Assembly (NCBI GenBank): GCA_009859145.1
Contig: VRVR01000007.1
Span: 186,001-250,000 of the forward strand
Direction: 5' to 3'
Source: Andalucia godoyi And28
Lineage: Eukaryota; Protista; Jakobida
Length of the DNA stretch: 64,000 bases
Below the pieces are notes generated by a model. The model was not told the DNA's origin. It did not search any database and saw nothing but the letters and a program-made list of their open reading frames with translations. This document shows positions 11,045-21,837 of this stretch, piece by piece; positions within the stretch are counted from its first letter, which is position 1; the number at the start of each line of letters is the position of its first letter. A program made the position numbers and the translations under genes.

Positions 11045-13162
11045 ATGGATCCACGACCGCGATGTTTTCCCGTCGACTTTGCAGTGACGTCCAACGTTTT
11101 CGGAGACACGCGGCCTTGTCTTATCAGCGTTGTTTCAAACGGTGAATCTGGGCCTGTGTTCTGGGTATTCGCGGAGGGCATTGTAGCTGAGAATAAATCG
11201 GTCTCCAGAGCGCTGGAAACTGTCGCCGAGCGGCTCCAGATCAACGTGAAAATCGCATCTGGATACGCAGAAATCGGAATCGACAATGACTTTCTCAAAT
11301 CTCTGTGGTACGCACCAGAATCCGAAAGAATCATGATGGGCTTCCGAAATTCTGACCCTTCTTATGCGTCAAAGGTTTTGTCCTTCCAGATACATGCTTC
11401 CCGGAATGTCTCGGATGTCTTGTTTCGCAAGAGGATACTCGCACATGTTGAGCAGAGAATGGAGGCTTTCAAGCTGGATTTGATCCGCTCTATTCTGGAG
11501 CTTCAAGCGGCACAAGATTTTCCTGCAAAGGCAGCAGTTTCCAAAGCACAGGAAAAGTCAGTTCGGTTCAAAAGCCCAGAGCGTAGAGTTCCGCTGGCGT
11601 CTCCATCTGTTCGCAATGGAACAGCCGTGGGAAAAGACGGATCTTTTCCCCCTGCAGTTCGCACTGCAAACGTGCCTGCACCAGCAGATGTGCCTGTGTA
11701 CAATGACATGCATTCGGAAATCAGACTTGAGGCGGATGCCACACAAGATCAGCTAAAGGACGCCGCAGCCAGCGTGCCGCCTGTTGCCCAGGTCGCAGAA
11801 GAGCGGCCGATCCTGGATTTGGAGTCTCCAGAGGAGGCTACGGCAGTGCAATCTGCAGGAAACGTCTTTGGAACGCAAGTTGTTGCCGGTCTTGTTAATG
11901 AATCTATCCGGCTCGCTTCGTCGGATGAGCGGGGACCCATTCTGTCTAATTCCGACGCCGAGCCGTTACGTGAAATTCCCGTTTCTGTTGTGCCGAAGAA
12001 ACGGGAATTCTTCACGTCTCTTTTGTACGGCTATTCTCAAGTTGCAAACACGGGAGTTCTTGCACCCCTGGCTCTTGAGCCTATTTCGGAGGTCACGAAA
12101 GCATCTCCACTGATTCCTGTAAGCGAAATCCAGCTTCAGACTGCTCCTGGACAGATAAAACATGTTTGCGGAAGGCCTCGGGTTCTGGGGCGGAAGGCAG
12201 CTTGGTGTTTCGTCGAGGATGCTGCTATTGTAGTAGCATTGACATGCGATCTTTTCAGTTGGGATGTTTTTATTCTGGAATGTCTGGAACTGCATGATGG
12301 CGAAATGATTCAGAAAGTCTGCTTTTCTCCAGATGGCTGTCTGATGCTGGTTTTGTCAGGCGCGTGTATCCGTGTTCTCGACACCTCAACTGACAGCTGG
12401 AGACTGTTGCGTGCGTTACCCTGGCCCTCAGATTTCGTTCTTCGATCAGGTATCTCTTCCGCCATTTCATTCTTGTCTGAAGAGCAGGTATTTGTGGTGG
12501 TCGGATTTGCAGATGGAAATCTCGGATACGTGTGTTTGGAAAAGGAAGATGAAACCCAAGGATGGTCAGTATCAGAGTCGTATTTTACGTCGAACCTGCA
12601 TGGAAGAAGGATCATCTCCACGGCGTCTTTCAAGGGACTCGTGATGGTGGTGATACACGAGGATGGGATCTCCATCTGGGACTTGGCGAACAACTCCATG
12701 TTCCCTTGCGCGATCGCTTCGGACAACCTTGGAAAGTTTGTGGATGCCAAAGCATTCCGATATGACACGGCAGAAGGAACAAGATTATTCAGCATCATCA
12801 AGCAAATTTCAGTTTCGACGCAATCTCCAACAATGCATTTGTATGCCGTGATTCCGGATCAACAACGAGCACCGTGCCGTGGACAGTATCACTGTGACGG
12901 GGTCGCCGCCGACGGAACTCTTTCAGGATCCTTTGCATTTGATGCTTGTCAAAAGCATATGATTGTTGCGTTTTCCAAATCCGACCTCACAATCAAGAAC
13001 ATTGGAACAGGCGGGCTCTCCGGGTACATCAGAGACCAAAGTGACCCTGTGGAGCTTGTGCACTTCCACCCAGGAGCGTCTGCGTTTGTTTCGGTCTCCA
13101 GCACTGGGCGTGTTATTGTGTACGGAAAAGGAATGGCAGCTACGGCATCTACGAAAATGTAA
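11045..13162 (+). CDS. Protein with C-terminal WD40-like beta-propeller
   Basis: 705-aa ORF from ATG 11045; WD-like strands 'IQKVCFSPDGCLMLV', 'VVVGFADGNL', 'GISIWDL', 'VELVHFHPGASAFVSVSSTGRVIVY'. Confidence 0.65.
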   Translation: MDPRPRCFPVDFAVTSNVFGDTRPCLISVVSNGESGPVFWVFAEGIVAENKSVSRALETVAERLQINVKIASGYAEIGIDNDFLKSLWYAPESERIMMGFRNSDPSYASKVLSFQIHASRNVSDVLFRKRILAHVEQRMEAFKLDLIRSILELQAAQDFPAKAAVSKAQEKSVRFKSPERRVPLASPSVRNGTAVGKDGSFPPAVRTANVPAPADVPVYNDMHSEIRLEADATQDQLKDAAASVPPVAQVAEERPILDLESPEEATAVQSAGNVFGTQVVAGLVNESIRLASSDERGPILSNSDAEPLREIPVSVVPKKREFFTSLLYGYSQVANTGVLAPLALEPISEVTKASPLIPVSEIQLQTAPGQIKHVCGRPRVLGRKAAWCFVEDAAIVVALTCDLFSWDVFILECLELHDGEMIQKVCFSPDGCLMLVLSGACIRVLDTSTDSWRLLRALPWPSDFVLRSGISSAISFLSEEQVFVVVGFADGNLGYVCLEKEDETQGWSVSESYFTSNLHGRRIISTASFKGLVMVVIHEDGISIWDLANNSMFPCAIASDNLGKFVDAKAFRYDTAEGTRLFSIIKQISVSTQSPTMHLYAVIPDQQRAPCRGQYHCDGVAADGTLSGSFAFDACQKHMIVAFSKSDLTIKNIGTGGLSGYIRDQSDPVELVHFHPGASAFVSVSSTGRVIVYGKGMAATASTKM

Positions 13163-13360
13163 ATATGTCTACGTCAAGCAAGGGCATCCCGCGGTCGCCT
13201 CCCCTCGCTGTCCGCCGATGAAAAATCATTGGACAAAACCACAAAATGGCCCCCCAAAAGAGCAAATCGCCTGTGGATACTGTGTACCCCTCGACAGAGG
13301 TTTGTGCGCCTTTCGTTTTTTGTTCTTTTTGGTCGTTCTTTCCGATCTTTTGATCTCTCT

Positions 13361-13609
13361 ATCTACAACCTTCAACCCAAACGTCTGGTGGACAGCTGTG
13401 ATAGATCATCGGATAGTATGGCTGAAGATGCGCAGGTCGAGGCCCAATGAGACACGGTGGAATATAGTCAAACCAACTCCTTGTAATCGATGAAGGGCGC
13501 TGATTCTGACTGTAAAAAAAGTCTCTTTTTACGCCAAAAAAAGAAATCTGTTTGAGGCGCAGCATGCGAGACAATGGGTTGGAGATGTTTTGGGTTGGAG
13601 AGTAAATAC
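13361..13609 (+). ncRNA. Unidentified conserved element, copy 1 (structured ncRNA candidate or old MITE)
   Basis: Colinear conserved blocks shared with 49981-50591, including 24/24 nt GCAGGTCGAGGCCCAATGAGACAC; 5' CTTCAACCCAAA pairs with 3' TTTGGGTTGGAG; followed by a T8 run. Strand is uncertain. Confidence 0.45.
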
Positions 13610-13828
13610 CGGGTTTTTTTTAATTGCTATTCCCTCTCTGTTCCCTTGGCTGTTGAGCTGTGTGCTACGAAGGGAAAAAGGAAAGGAAAGGAAAAGCAAA
13701 TTTTACTTTTACTTATACTTCTTCTTCTGCTTTATTTTTGAATTTTGTTTCTAGTATCTATGCTTGCGCTGGCGTTTGATCGAATTTGAATCGCGATCTA
13801 TTGTTTTTAATTTCGGTTTCGTTCCCGC

Positions 13829-15955
13829 ATGACGGATTCTCAAGACAGCGGAAGCTACGATTCCTCAACTGATATTGACTCGCTGCGTTTGCATCTCCAA
13901 GTGTACAATGCTGTGAATCGTTCGTTTCAGAATTCTCTGAATCATGTACAGGTTCCAGAATCACAGCCGCAGCCCCAATTCCAAAATGAAAGGGACATCC
14001 AGTACCAGTACCAGTACCAAAACCAAAACCAAGCTTCCAACCAATTCTCCTATCAGCATCCGAATGACGGGCGGATTCCTCGAGAGTTTGAACCGATCCA
14101 CCATGGTAGAATTGAGACTCCGCCTCCGCGCCCGTTCGTCGAACTGCGAGGCCGCCCATCGCATTCCGACGATCCTGCTATTCTTGTTCAGACAAAATTG
14201 GACGAACAAGCATCCAAGGAAAAACATGATGCGGAGCTGAGCGAAGTGCGAGAGAAGTTGATTACTGAAAAAATGGCATTCCAGTCGTGGGAGTCGAATG
14301 CCCATCACAAGCTGGACAGCGTTGAATTGAAATTGAAGACTCTGGATACGAGACTGCAGCAGGAAACGGAGCAGCATAACAGCGCCTTGCAAAATCTGAA
14401 GGAATCCAGAGGTCAGCTTGAACATGACATTGTTCACTCCATTGAGGAATCCATGCAAGAAATCAAGAGGCAGGCAGACATGCAGTCGTCCATTGATGTT
14501 TCAACAAGTGCCGCATTGGTCAGAATAGAGGAATCCCGAAAGAAACTCGAGCAGTTGAAACAGGACCAGGAAATTCTGGAACAGAGGTTACGAACATCGG
14601 AACAGGATGCGATGGATGAGAGATCGCTTCGTCGCAAAGCTGTCGACAGGGCCGAAGAGCTTCAGGAGCAATTCGCTCGCGTTGCTGCGCAATACGAGAG
14701 AGCGTATGCGGGACTGGTTCGAGAAAACGAACATTTGCAGCGGCAGGTCCGAGACCTTCAAGAAGAGATTGCTCATTTCAACAAGACGAGAGCACATCCG
14801 CATCGGGTGGAGGCTGTTCTTCGGTCCAAAATTGCAGAACTTCGAACCGAGTTGCATGCTGAAGCGGAGAGATCGGCATCTGCTGAAATGCGCGCCAAAA
14901 TGTCTGAAGCTTCCGCCAAGCAGAGCAAGAAATTTGGGCACATGGAAGGCGCACGGAAAGTGCTGGAAGAGGAAGTGCGTTCTCTACGTGCACTGCTGCA
15001 ATCGGAAACCAAGAAAAAATTTGAGGCAGAATCGCGCGTCGAGCGCCTTGAGGCCGAAAACAGAAAGCTGCGTCTTCGCTTTGAAACAGACTTTGGGGCC
15101 GTTGCATCGGTAAAGGACTCCCTGGAAGAGGAAGTCGGAGACTTGCGAAAAGAGTATGAGATGGCTCGACGAGAGTTGTCTGAATCGAGGGTTGTGTTCG
15201 AGAAACAAAGACAGGTGTACAGTCAGGAACGTGCTGCTTGTGATGCGCAGCTTGCTGAATTGGAGCAAGCATTGCGAACGGAAAGAGAAAAACGCATTGT
15301 GGCCGAGCGATCGTCAGAGAAGGTGCGAGCCGCTGCCAGCGGGCTGGCGGAGGATGTGCTCTCGCAGGAAAACGGTGCCAAAGAAAATGCAACAAGTGTA
15401 TCCTCTGCCCCTGCTCCGGTCAATCGACCGGACCATCCCTCCGCCTCTCCGCTGGCTGATTATTATCCGCGAACTGCTGAACTGTCTGGGAGGACCATCC
15501 GGTCTTCGTATTGGAACGACCAAGCCCAAGAATCGTCTCAGCCTGTTCCCGCAAAAGCCAGATCCTCGTCGCGTGGTGCTGCTATCGACCTTGAAGGCCT
15601 GCCGCGGACGTCACCCCCGGGAGCACGATCTTTTCGCGATCGATCTCCCTCACCCCCTGTGGCTCTGCGAAGACCACCTACGAGTGCTCGGACAGTTTCT
15701 CCGTATTCTTCTCCACGGTCCTCTTCTTTCAGACCATCTCCGCCCTCTTCTCCGTTGGTTCGCGGGTCACCTCGAAGCCGCACTGCCTCTGCGAAGAAGG
15801 TGAAGTCGTCTTCTGCTGCGCGTGCGAGTCCTTCGCGGACAAACTCTCGGGCAGCGTATGATGATGATCCCTACAGCTACAGTCTTTATGACGATACGTC
15901 AGGTAGGTCTTCCCTTGAAGCCAAACGATATGCGGCCACCGCTTTTCGCAGTTGA
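13829..15955 (+). CDS. Long coiled-coil protein with S/P/R-rich tail
   Basis: 708-aa ORF from ATG; E/K/Q/L heptad-rich at about aa 120-500. Confidence 0.75.
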   Translation: MTDSQDSGSYDSSTDIDSLRLHLQVYNAVNRSFQNSLNHVQVPESQPQPQFQNERDIQYQYQYQNQNQASNQFSYQHPNDGRIPREFEPIHHGRIETPPPRPFVELRGRPSHSDDPAILVQTKLDEQASKEKHDAELSEVREKLITEKMAFQSWESNAHHKLDSVELKLKTLDTRLQQETEQHNSALQNLKESRGQLEHDIVHSIEESMQEIKRQADMQSSIDVSTSAALVRIEESRKKLEQLKQDQEILEQRLRTSEQDAMDERSLRRKAVDRAEELQEQFARVAAQYERAYAGLVRENEHLQRQVRDLQEEIAHFNKTRAHPHRVEAVLRSKIAELRTELHAEAERSASAEMRAKMSEASAKQSKKFGHMEGARKVLEEEVRSLRALLQSETKKKFEAESRVERLEAENRKLRLRFETDFGAVASVKDSLEEEVGDLRKEYEMARRELSESRVVFEKQRQVYSQERAACDAQLAELEQALRTEREKRIVAERSSEKVRAAASGLAEDVLSQENGAKENATSVSSAPAPVNRPDHPSASPLADYYPRTAELSGRTIRSSYWNDQAQESSQPVPAKARSSSRGAAIDLEGLPRTSPPGARSFRDRSPSPPVALRRPPTSARTVSPYSSPRSSSFRPSPPSSPLVRGSPRSRTASAKKVKSSSAARASPSRTNSRAAYDDDPYSYSLYDDTSGRSSLEAKRYAATAFRS

Positions 15956-16086
15956 AAGCTTGTGTTCTGATGTACTGCTGCAAAACAGAATTATTTAACT
16001 TACAGCATATTTAAGTGCGCCTTTTTCTTTTTTTTTTTTTTTTTGTTTGTTTGTTTGTTTCGTGATTTTCTCGGCAAATGGGTGGC

Positions 16087-17229
16087 TCAATTTTTAAAGT
16101 GGGAATTTAGTCGCTGTTCGAAAGCGTCGAGCTCCTCCATCTGCCAGCGAGGATCCGATAGTCGATCAACGGAAAATGTCGGTCCTACTGGCTTCGGTAG
16201 ATGCGTCTTAGACCCCCCCGTTCTGACAGGCTGCGGCAGCCTTTTGATACCAATAGCCAGCGTCGCTGCCAACGTTGGCCTTTGCCCAACAAGCGTCGGA
16301 AGTACTGGCATGATTGCACTGGAAGTAGGGCTCGGTAACCGTCGTGAAGAAAGCTCAGCGTATGAATCGTCGTCTTGAACCACGACCGTGTCACCGTCTG
16401 CATCCAAGTTCTCGCGGTAGTTCAGCTTGGTTCCAGAAATCGAAACGGTGCGCTTGGATCGAGACGCCGAAGACGGTCGTGACCTGCTACTTCTTTGTGA
16501 CAGTCCATCCGAAAATATTGCAGACGCAGAGGACGAGGACGCAGTCAGACTGGTGGATTGGGCAGACGTATGGGAAGAAAATCGAGAGCTAACGGATCCC
16601 TGAAGAGTGGACGATAGAAGACTCGATCGTCTTGAACGATTCGATATCCCCGAAGAAGAAAGAGAGTCTGAAAAGGAACTTCCCAGAGGGAGAGAAGGAC
16701 TTGACGAATGCCGCAGCGAATTTGGAGGCGGAAACGTCGTAGGATTGGAATAGAATCCACCGCGAAAAGTTCTGGGGACCCACATTCCCTTTCGTTCATT
16801 GAAGTGCATTTTGTACGCGCCGCTGAGATCCAGAAAGCGACGAGCATTTGCAGCATCATCCGCAACATGCTTTCTATGAAACGCATTTGGATCCTTGTCG
16901 ATCATCTCAGACACCACTGATCTTCTTGCATTCATTCGATGCGATAGCCTGTCCAGCTGCAGAGCGCACAGTCCGGAACTCCGACGGGCATGAGGAGACT
17001 TTGTGCCTTCCTCCTTGGAGAGACTTGCAGCATCTGGGAGCATGCAGTCTCCGGACACTGCAAGAGAGGATGTTTCGAGTTGCTCCGGATAAAACTGCAT
17101 TCTTACTGGAGACGAAGGTGTTCTGCGACGTTCAGAGTCATCATAATAAAATCCCAAGTCCGAAGAAGCCCGAGGAAAAATTCTTTTACCGGATCGCCGT
17201 TGCTCGGACTCTGGGGGCGGGACACGCAT
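16087..17229 (-). CDS. Hypothetical serine-rich protein (380 aa)
   Basis: Long ORF with ATG, convergent with the previous gene across a T-rich spacer. No family recognised. Confidence 0.65.
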   Translation of the reverse strand: MRVPPPESEQRRSGKRIFPRASSDLGFYYDDSERRRTPSSPVRMQFYPEQLETSSLAVSGDCMLPDAASLSKEEGTKSPHARRSSGLCALQLDRLSHRMNARRSVVSEMIDKDPNAFHRKHVADDAANARRFLDLSGAYKMHFNERKGMWVPRTFRGGFYSNPTTFPPPNSLRHSSSPSLPLGSSFSDSLSSSGISNRSRRSSLLSSTLQGSVSSRFSSHTSAQSTSLTASSSSASAIFSDGLSQRSSRSRPSSASRSKRTVSISGTKLNYRENLDADGDTVVVQDDDSYAELSSRRLPSPTSSAIMPVLPTLVGQRPTLAATLAIGIKRLPQPVRTGGSKTHLPKPVGPTFSVDRLSDPRWQMEELDAFEQRLNSHFKN

Positions 17230-17834
17230 TTACTTTCCAGAAGCAGGATGGCAGACAAGCACGATGTATGGGGTCTGCGAACAACTATGCGAGCAAACAC
17301 GTATACGTACGATCAAACGGATAAGTAAAAAAATGGGGGGAGTTTCCCAAAAAGAAAAAAAGAAAAAGGGGGGCAGAGAAATAGGTTGCGAAAGACAAGA
17401 AGCGTCACGCGTCAGAAAACTCTGTGATGGACTACGGCGATAATAAACGAGCAACGACAAAATCTGACAAATGGAAAATTCAAAAAGAACAAAACATTCA
17501 CATTGAAAAATCGTGCGTTTCACGAAACTGCCAGACTTGTACGAGAGCGGTTGGGAGAAAGACTTTCTTTAAAACTTTCGTAGTGCTCTGCTTGCACGAT
17601 ACTGATTGCACGCTATCAGAGAGGGGGGGAAGCCTGACCACTCACCGTTTTCTTTTGTCCACTTGCCCTGCGCTTCCTTGTTGCACGGACGACCTGGACC
17701 AAAGTGCAAAGGATCAATTGCCAGTCTGTTTTGGTTTTTTGGTTTTTTGGTTTTTTGGTTTTATTTGGGCTAATGCTGTTGTTGCTGTTTGCTTGTTTTC
17801 TAAATCACATTTAATTGCTGGTAGATAGTATCGA

Positions 17835-20745
17835 ATGCATCGAAGATACTCGGATCTGCTACAGGTCGCGTCGGATCCGAATGCGCCGGAGCCTTTGGCC
17901 CCTCTTCCGTCCACAATTGGACGTCTGCAGGTTATCCGAAATCGCATTCTTGCCACGACAGTCGATGCGCGGCGGATTCCCCAATCTGCCCAAGCATTCT
18001 CTGATACTTCGGATGTGCTGCAGAACGACGATTTCCTTCACGAGAGGAAGATGGTGTCTTCCGTTTTGCACAAGCTGAGATCACGTCTCGCAGAGTTGGA
18101 TCACGAAGACTCGACGGAACCTCTACGGAGAGTTTTCGTGCATGATGAGCCGGAGATGAACCGTAGGCCAGTCGCAGTTCCAAAGGAATCGGAAGTCTCA
18201 GAATGTAGGATAGTTCCACGATATGCTGTCAATGAACCGAGTGCTCAGTGTCAGAAGCGTCATTTGTCCTCTGCATTCTATGCGTCTCCAGTTGTGAATG
18301 AGAATCAGCACCCGATTTCCAAAAGCGGAAAGTTTACAGATTCCAGTGCTATTGGAAATGAACTCCTTTCTGATGATTCTGGTAATTCTGAGGATGAATC
18401 CTTGTTCTGTAGTAATGATTTGTTCCCAGCAGCAAACAACGAAGTATTGAGAAGCGAAATAGAATCCGTGTCCTCGAATGATTCTCAGAACGAGAATGAG
18501 CATCCGCACTCGGGGAGTAGGAGATTGGCAAGCACTGCTGGAGACAGCGTCGTTGGCAAGGTTCTTCGAAGCGAGCAAATGGACAGCGACGATGAGAATG
18601 AACTTCGGAAAGCGTATAATGCGAGCCGTGAGCGGGCTCTTCAGATTCGCTCAGCATCCACTGCGACGGATCGCCTCGCTTCAGGATCCGTGGTTACCGG
18701 TCCTGCTGGGAAAGTTGCAATCTCTTCCATAGCCCCTTCTCCTGGAATTTCGCGTGCGCCTCGACCGCCGTCTCGTCAAAGACCACCTCCGGAAGCACTC
18801 GATCTGGACCATCACGCAAGAACGCGCATTTCTTCATCTCCTTTCGTGGAGGGTGATGAATTGTTTGATGCGTCCGTGCGTAGTATGGCTCGCGAGAATC
18901 CCATCATTCGTGCACGTCCATTCACTGCAGCTACCAGCGATCAGAAGCGCATCATGTTCACTTCCAGCTACTCCAAAGATAGACCTCTCGGTACGATTCG
19001 TCCAAAAAGTGCTCTTCGGCAAGGCAGAGCTGCAGACAATCCAGTACAACCGGCTGCAGTGTCTTCTGTGAAGAAGGAGAAGGCACCAGTGCCCGCGAAG
19101 AAGGCAAAAAAGCCGAAGTCCAGACTAGCATCGCGGACAAAGGAGCATGTCAGTGCATCTGCGTCTCGTGCCGCTGTCAGATCGAAACTTCGCGAAACCG
19201 CGGACCAAAAGATTCGTAGCGCCTTGGAAGCATACCAGAAATACAAACAACATTTTGTCTCCAGCACCCGAGAAGGTCAAAGCTCCTCCATAGGCTCCAT
19301 GCGTCGGTCTTCCCCCGGTAAGACCTTGCAGAGAATTCGAGAAGAATATGAAAAGATCATTCATCGCGAAAAGTTACCTAACAAAGTTGATAAGGGCGCT
19401 CAACGCACGAGATGTGGTGGTTTGTTATCAACTGCAACTGGTCATGTGGATGGCGGTTTTGACGTGGCTGACGATGGCGGTGATGACTTGTTGACCGAGT
19501 ATGTCCGATCGCGTGCGAAAGTAATTGAAGATGAAATCAAACAAAGTGCGTTTTATGACCGGCCAGAAAGTCGTATGGGCAATCGAGAAGGCGGAGATGA
19601 AAGTTTGGATGATTCTGACTATGCGCTTCCAGACTATACGAATTCGAGCGATGACGACCATGAGTATCATACGTTTGTGGATTACAGTTACGATCCTGAA
19701 GAGGTACGCCACGTCGGTGATGCAGTAGATGAAACCTTTGAAAGATCTAGCGATCATTCCGTTGAAGATATTGGTATTAATGGTGATCCTCGTCATAGAC
19801 CCCAAGACAGTGTGTATCCTGCGGGATCTGATTTATTTGACTCTGAGTCTTTGGATCCCGGTGACTCGTGCGATTCTGAACAATCCATGAACAGCGATAG
19901 GGTTGTCGAAGCGCAGGCGGCACGGCACGAGCGGTCGCTGCCATTGAGCACTGCAAGTCCGTCAAAGCGGGACCAACAGATCCAGCAGGTGCAGCAGCGT
20001 GTCGAAGCGCAGGCGGCGCGGCACGAGCGGTCGCTGCCATTGAGCACTGCAAGTCCGTCAAAGCAGGACCAACAGATCCAGCAGGTGCAGCAGCGTGTCG
20101 AAGCGCAGGCGGCACGGCACGAGCGGTCGCTGCCATTGAGCACTGCAAGTCCGTCAAAGCGGGACCAACAGATCCAGCAGGTGCAGCAGCGTGTCGAAGC
20201 GCAGGCGGCGCGGCACGAGCGGTCGCTGTCCATTGAGCACTGCAAGTCCGTCAAAGCAGGACCAACAGATCCAGCAGGTGCAGCAGCGTGTCGAAGCGCA
20301 GGCGGCACGGCACGAGCGGTCGCTGCCATTGAGCACTGCAAGTCCGTCAAAGCGGGACCAACAGATCCAGCAGGTGCAGCAGCGTGTCGAAGCGCAGGCG
20401 GCGCGGCACGAGCGGTCGCTGCCATTGAGCACTGCAAGTCCGTCAAAGCGGGACCAACAGATCCAGCAGGTGCAGCAGCGTGTCGAAGCGCAGGCGGCGC
20501 GGCACGAGCGGTCGATTCCGTTTTCATCAACCTCATCTTCCGCGGATGCTATGTCTCAGCGATCTTCGTTGGAGCATGCAGATATTTCGCTGTCTGAGCA
20601 ATCATCCTTTCGAGGCGATCACGCTGACACGTCATCGCGATCCCATGGAAACTGGAAGGAGCAACGGAGAATACTCGAGAATATTCGCGACAGAGCAGAT
20701 GATATCGTGCTGAGGGTCCAAACACTTTCCCACCCTGACGCGTAG
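17835..20745 (+). CDS. Large disordered protein with a 32-aa tandem repeat; one +1 frameshift at about 20229 inside the repeat array
   Basis: ORF 17835.. reads through three repeats. An extra T in unit 4 (GCTGTCCATT vs GCTGCCATT) shifts the frame; the repeat peptide and a unique C-terminus continue in the frame ending at 20745. Confidence 0.7.
19905..20514 (+). repeat. 96-bp coding minisatellite, 6.3 copies (VEAQAARHERSLPLSTASPSK[R/Q]DQQIQQVQQR)
   Basis: Units start at 19905, 20001, 20097, 20193, 20290, 20386 and 20482; no spacers. Confidence 0.95.
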
Positions 20746-21837
20746 CCCTGTATTTTTCTTGCTTGATTTTGTTTCGGATGATTTGATCCTTTTATTCAGC
20801 CCTTATTCTGAACGATTTTTCGTTTGTATGATATTGTTCTTGTTCAATTAAATGTGTTGCATTTCATAGTTCAATCCGTCGTCTGGTCAGACGCCTTTTC
20901 TCTCTGTTACAAGAAGCAAATGTGAATGGGTCATTGGAAGGAAATGTACGTGTCTGCGTGTGTGTGTGCGTACTTCATATTCACAGAGACAAATCGTGCA
21001 GATGCTTGTCGTTACATGCATTCTGGACAGAATCCGTTGCTGATGATTGGTCTTCGTCAAGTTGAATCTGGGGCCTGAACTCTGAAGGCCAGCGAGGGCT
21101 GAGAAATCTCTGTTTTTGGAGTATAGGAATAGTGGTTTGATTTTGCAGCATCAAGATCGGTTGTCTTTCAATCAAAAAACACACGACGCTTGTGATACAT
21201 CCAATCGCAGAATTCAGACAGCAGGTAGAAGTAATTCCTCGGAAGGCCGGCTACCCCTCTCGCCAAACGCTGAAGGTGCGCACCTCCTGCAATTCAAACA
21301 GCATCTGTACACATTCAGGGGTACAGCAAAAGTCTCGCATCGCCACCCAATATCGAAAACCTTTTGAGGAAACGCTCCTTCATAGGAATGCTTATTTCAG
21401 CGTTTTTTGAACGACACATTGAGCAAATGACGGACTCCATTTGCCCATTTTTGCCGCGCTTTAGAAAGGTGTTCGCAGTGCAGTAGGGCATGGCTAACTG
21501 ACTCCATGCATGAGCATACAAGTACACACCGACTGGCGCTTACGAAGGAGAATTTCGTTGACAGCGCGGCTGAATCTACAATAGGAGGATCAGCATCTCG
21601 ACGGAGCGTTCTGCCAGAGAGGAAGCATTTGATGCGGCAGTGTATTGCAAGCGAGGATCAACTGTAAAATAAAAACAAAAAGTCGTCATCCTGTTGTCCT
21701 CCTCAGTCCTGGCACTGCAGCGTTGCAGCTGGATGAATTGGGTCTTAGCGATCCGTGGTATGAAACGGTATTTTCGTTTAGACTTATAAATTTTGACTTG
21801 TACAGACAACACGCATGTCCACGCGGCATTCTCAAGG

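Noticed and set aside
13486-13570. 5.8S rRNA, U3, RNase P/MRP or group I intron identity for the conserved element
   Set aside because: Only short motif echoes occur (ATCGATGAAG, CGCAGC, GATCAT, ATATAGTC); spacing, order and partner motifs do not fit, and some are not conserved in copy 2.
19905-20514. CRISPR-like array
   Set aside because: The units are contiguous 96-bp repeats with no unique spacers, they are in frame in a protein, and there are no cas genes.
20981-21527. Small spliced minus-strand gene (Rpp21-like zinc ribbon)
   Set aside because: Only one complete CxxC, and I could not build a consistent start and exon chain.
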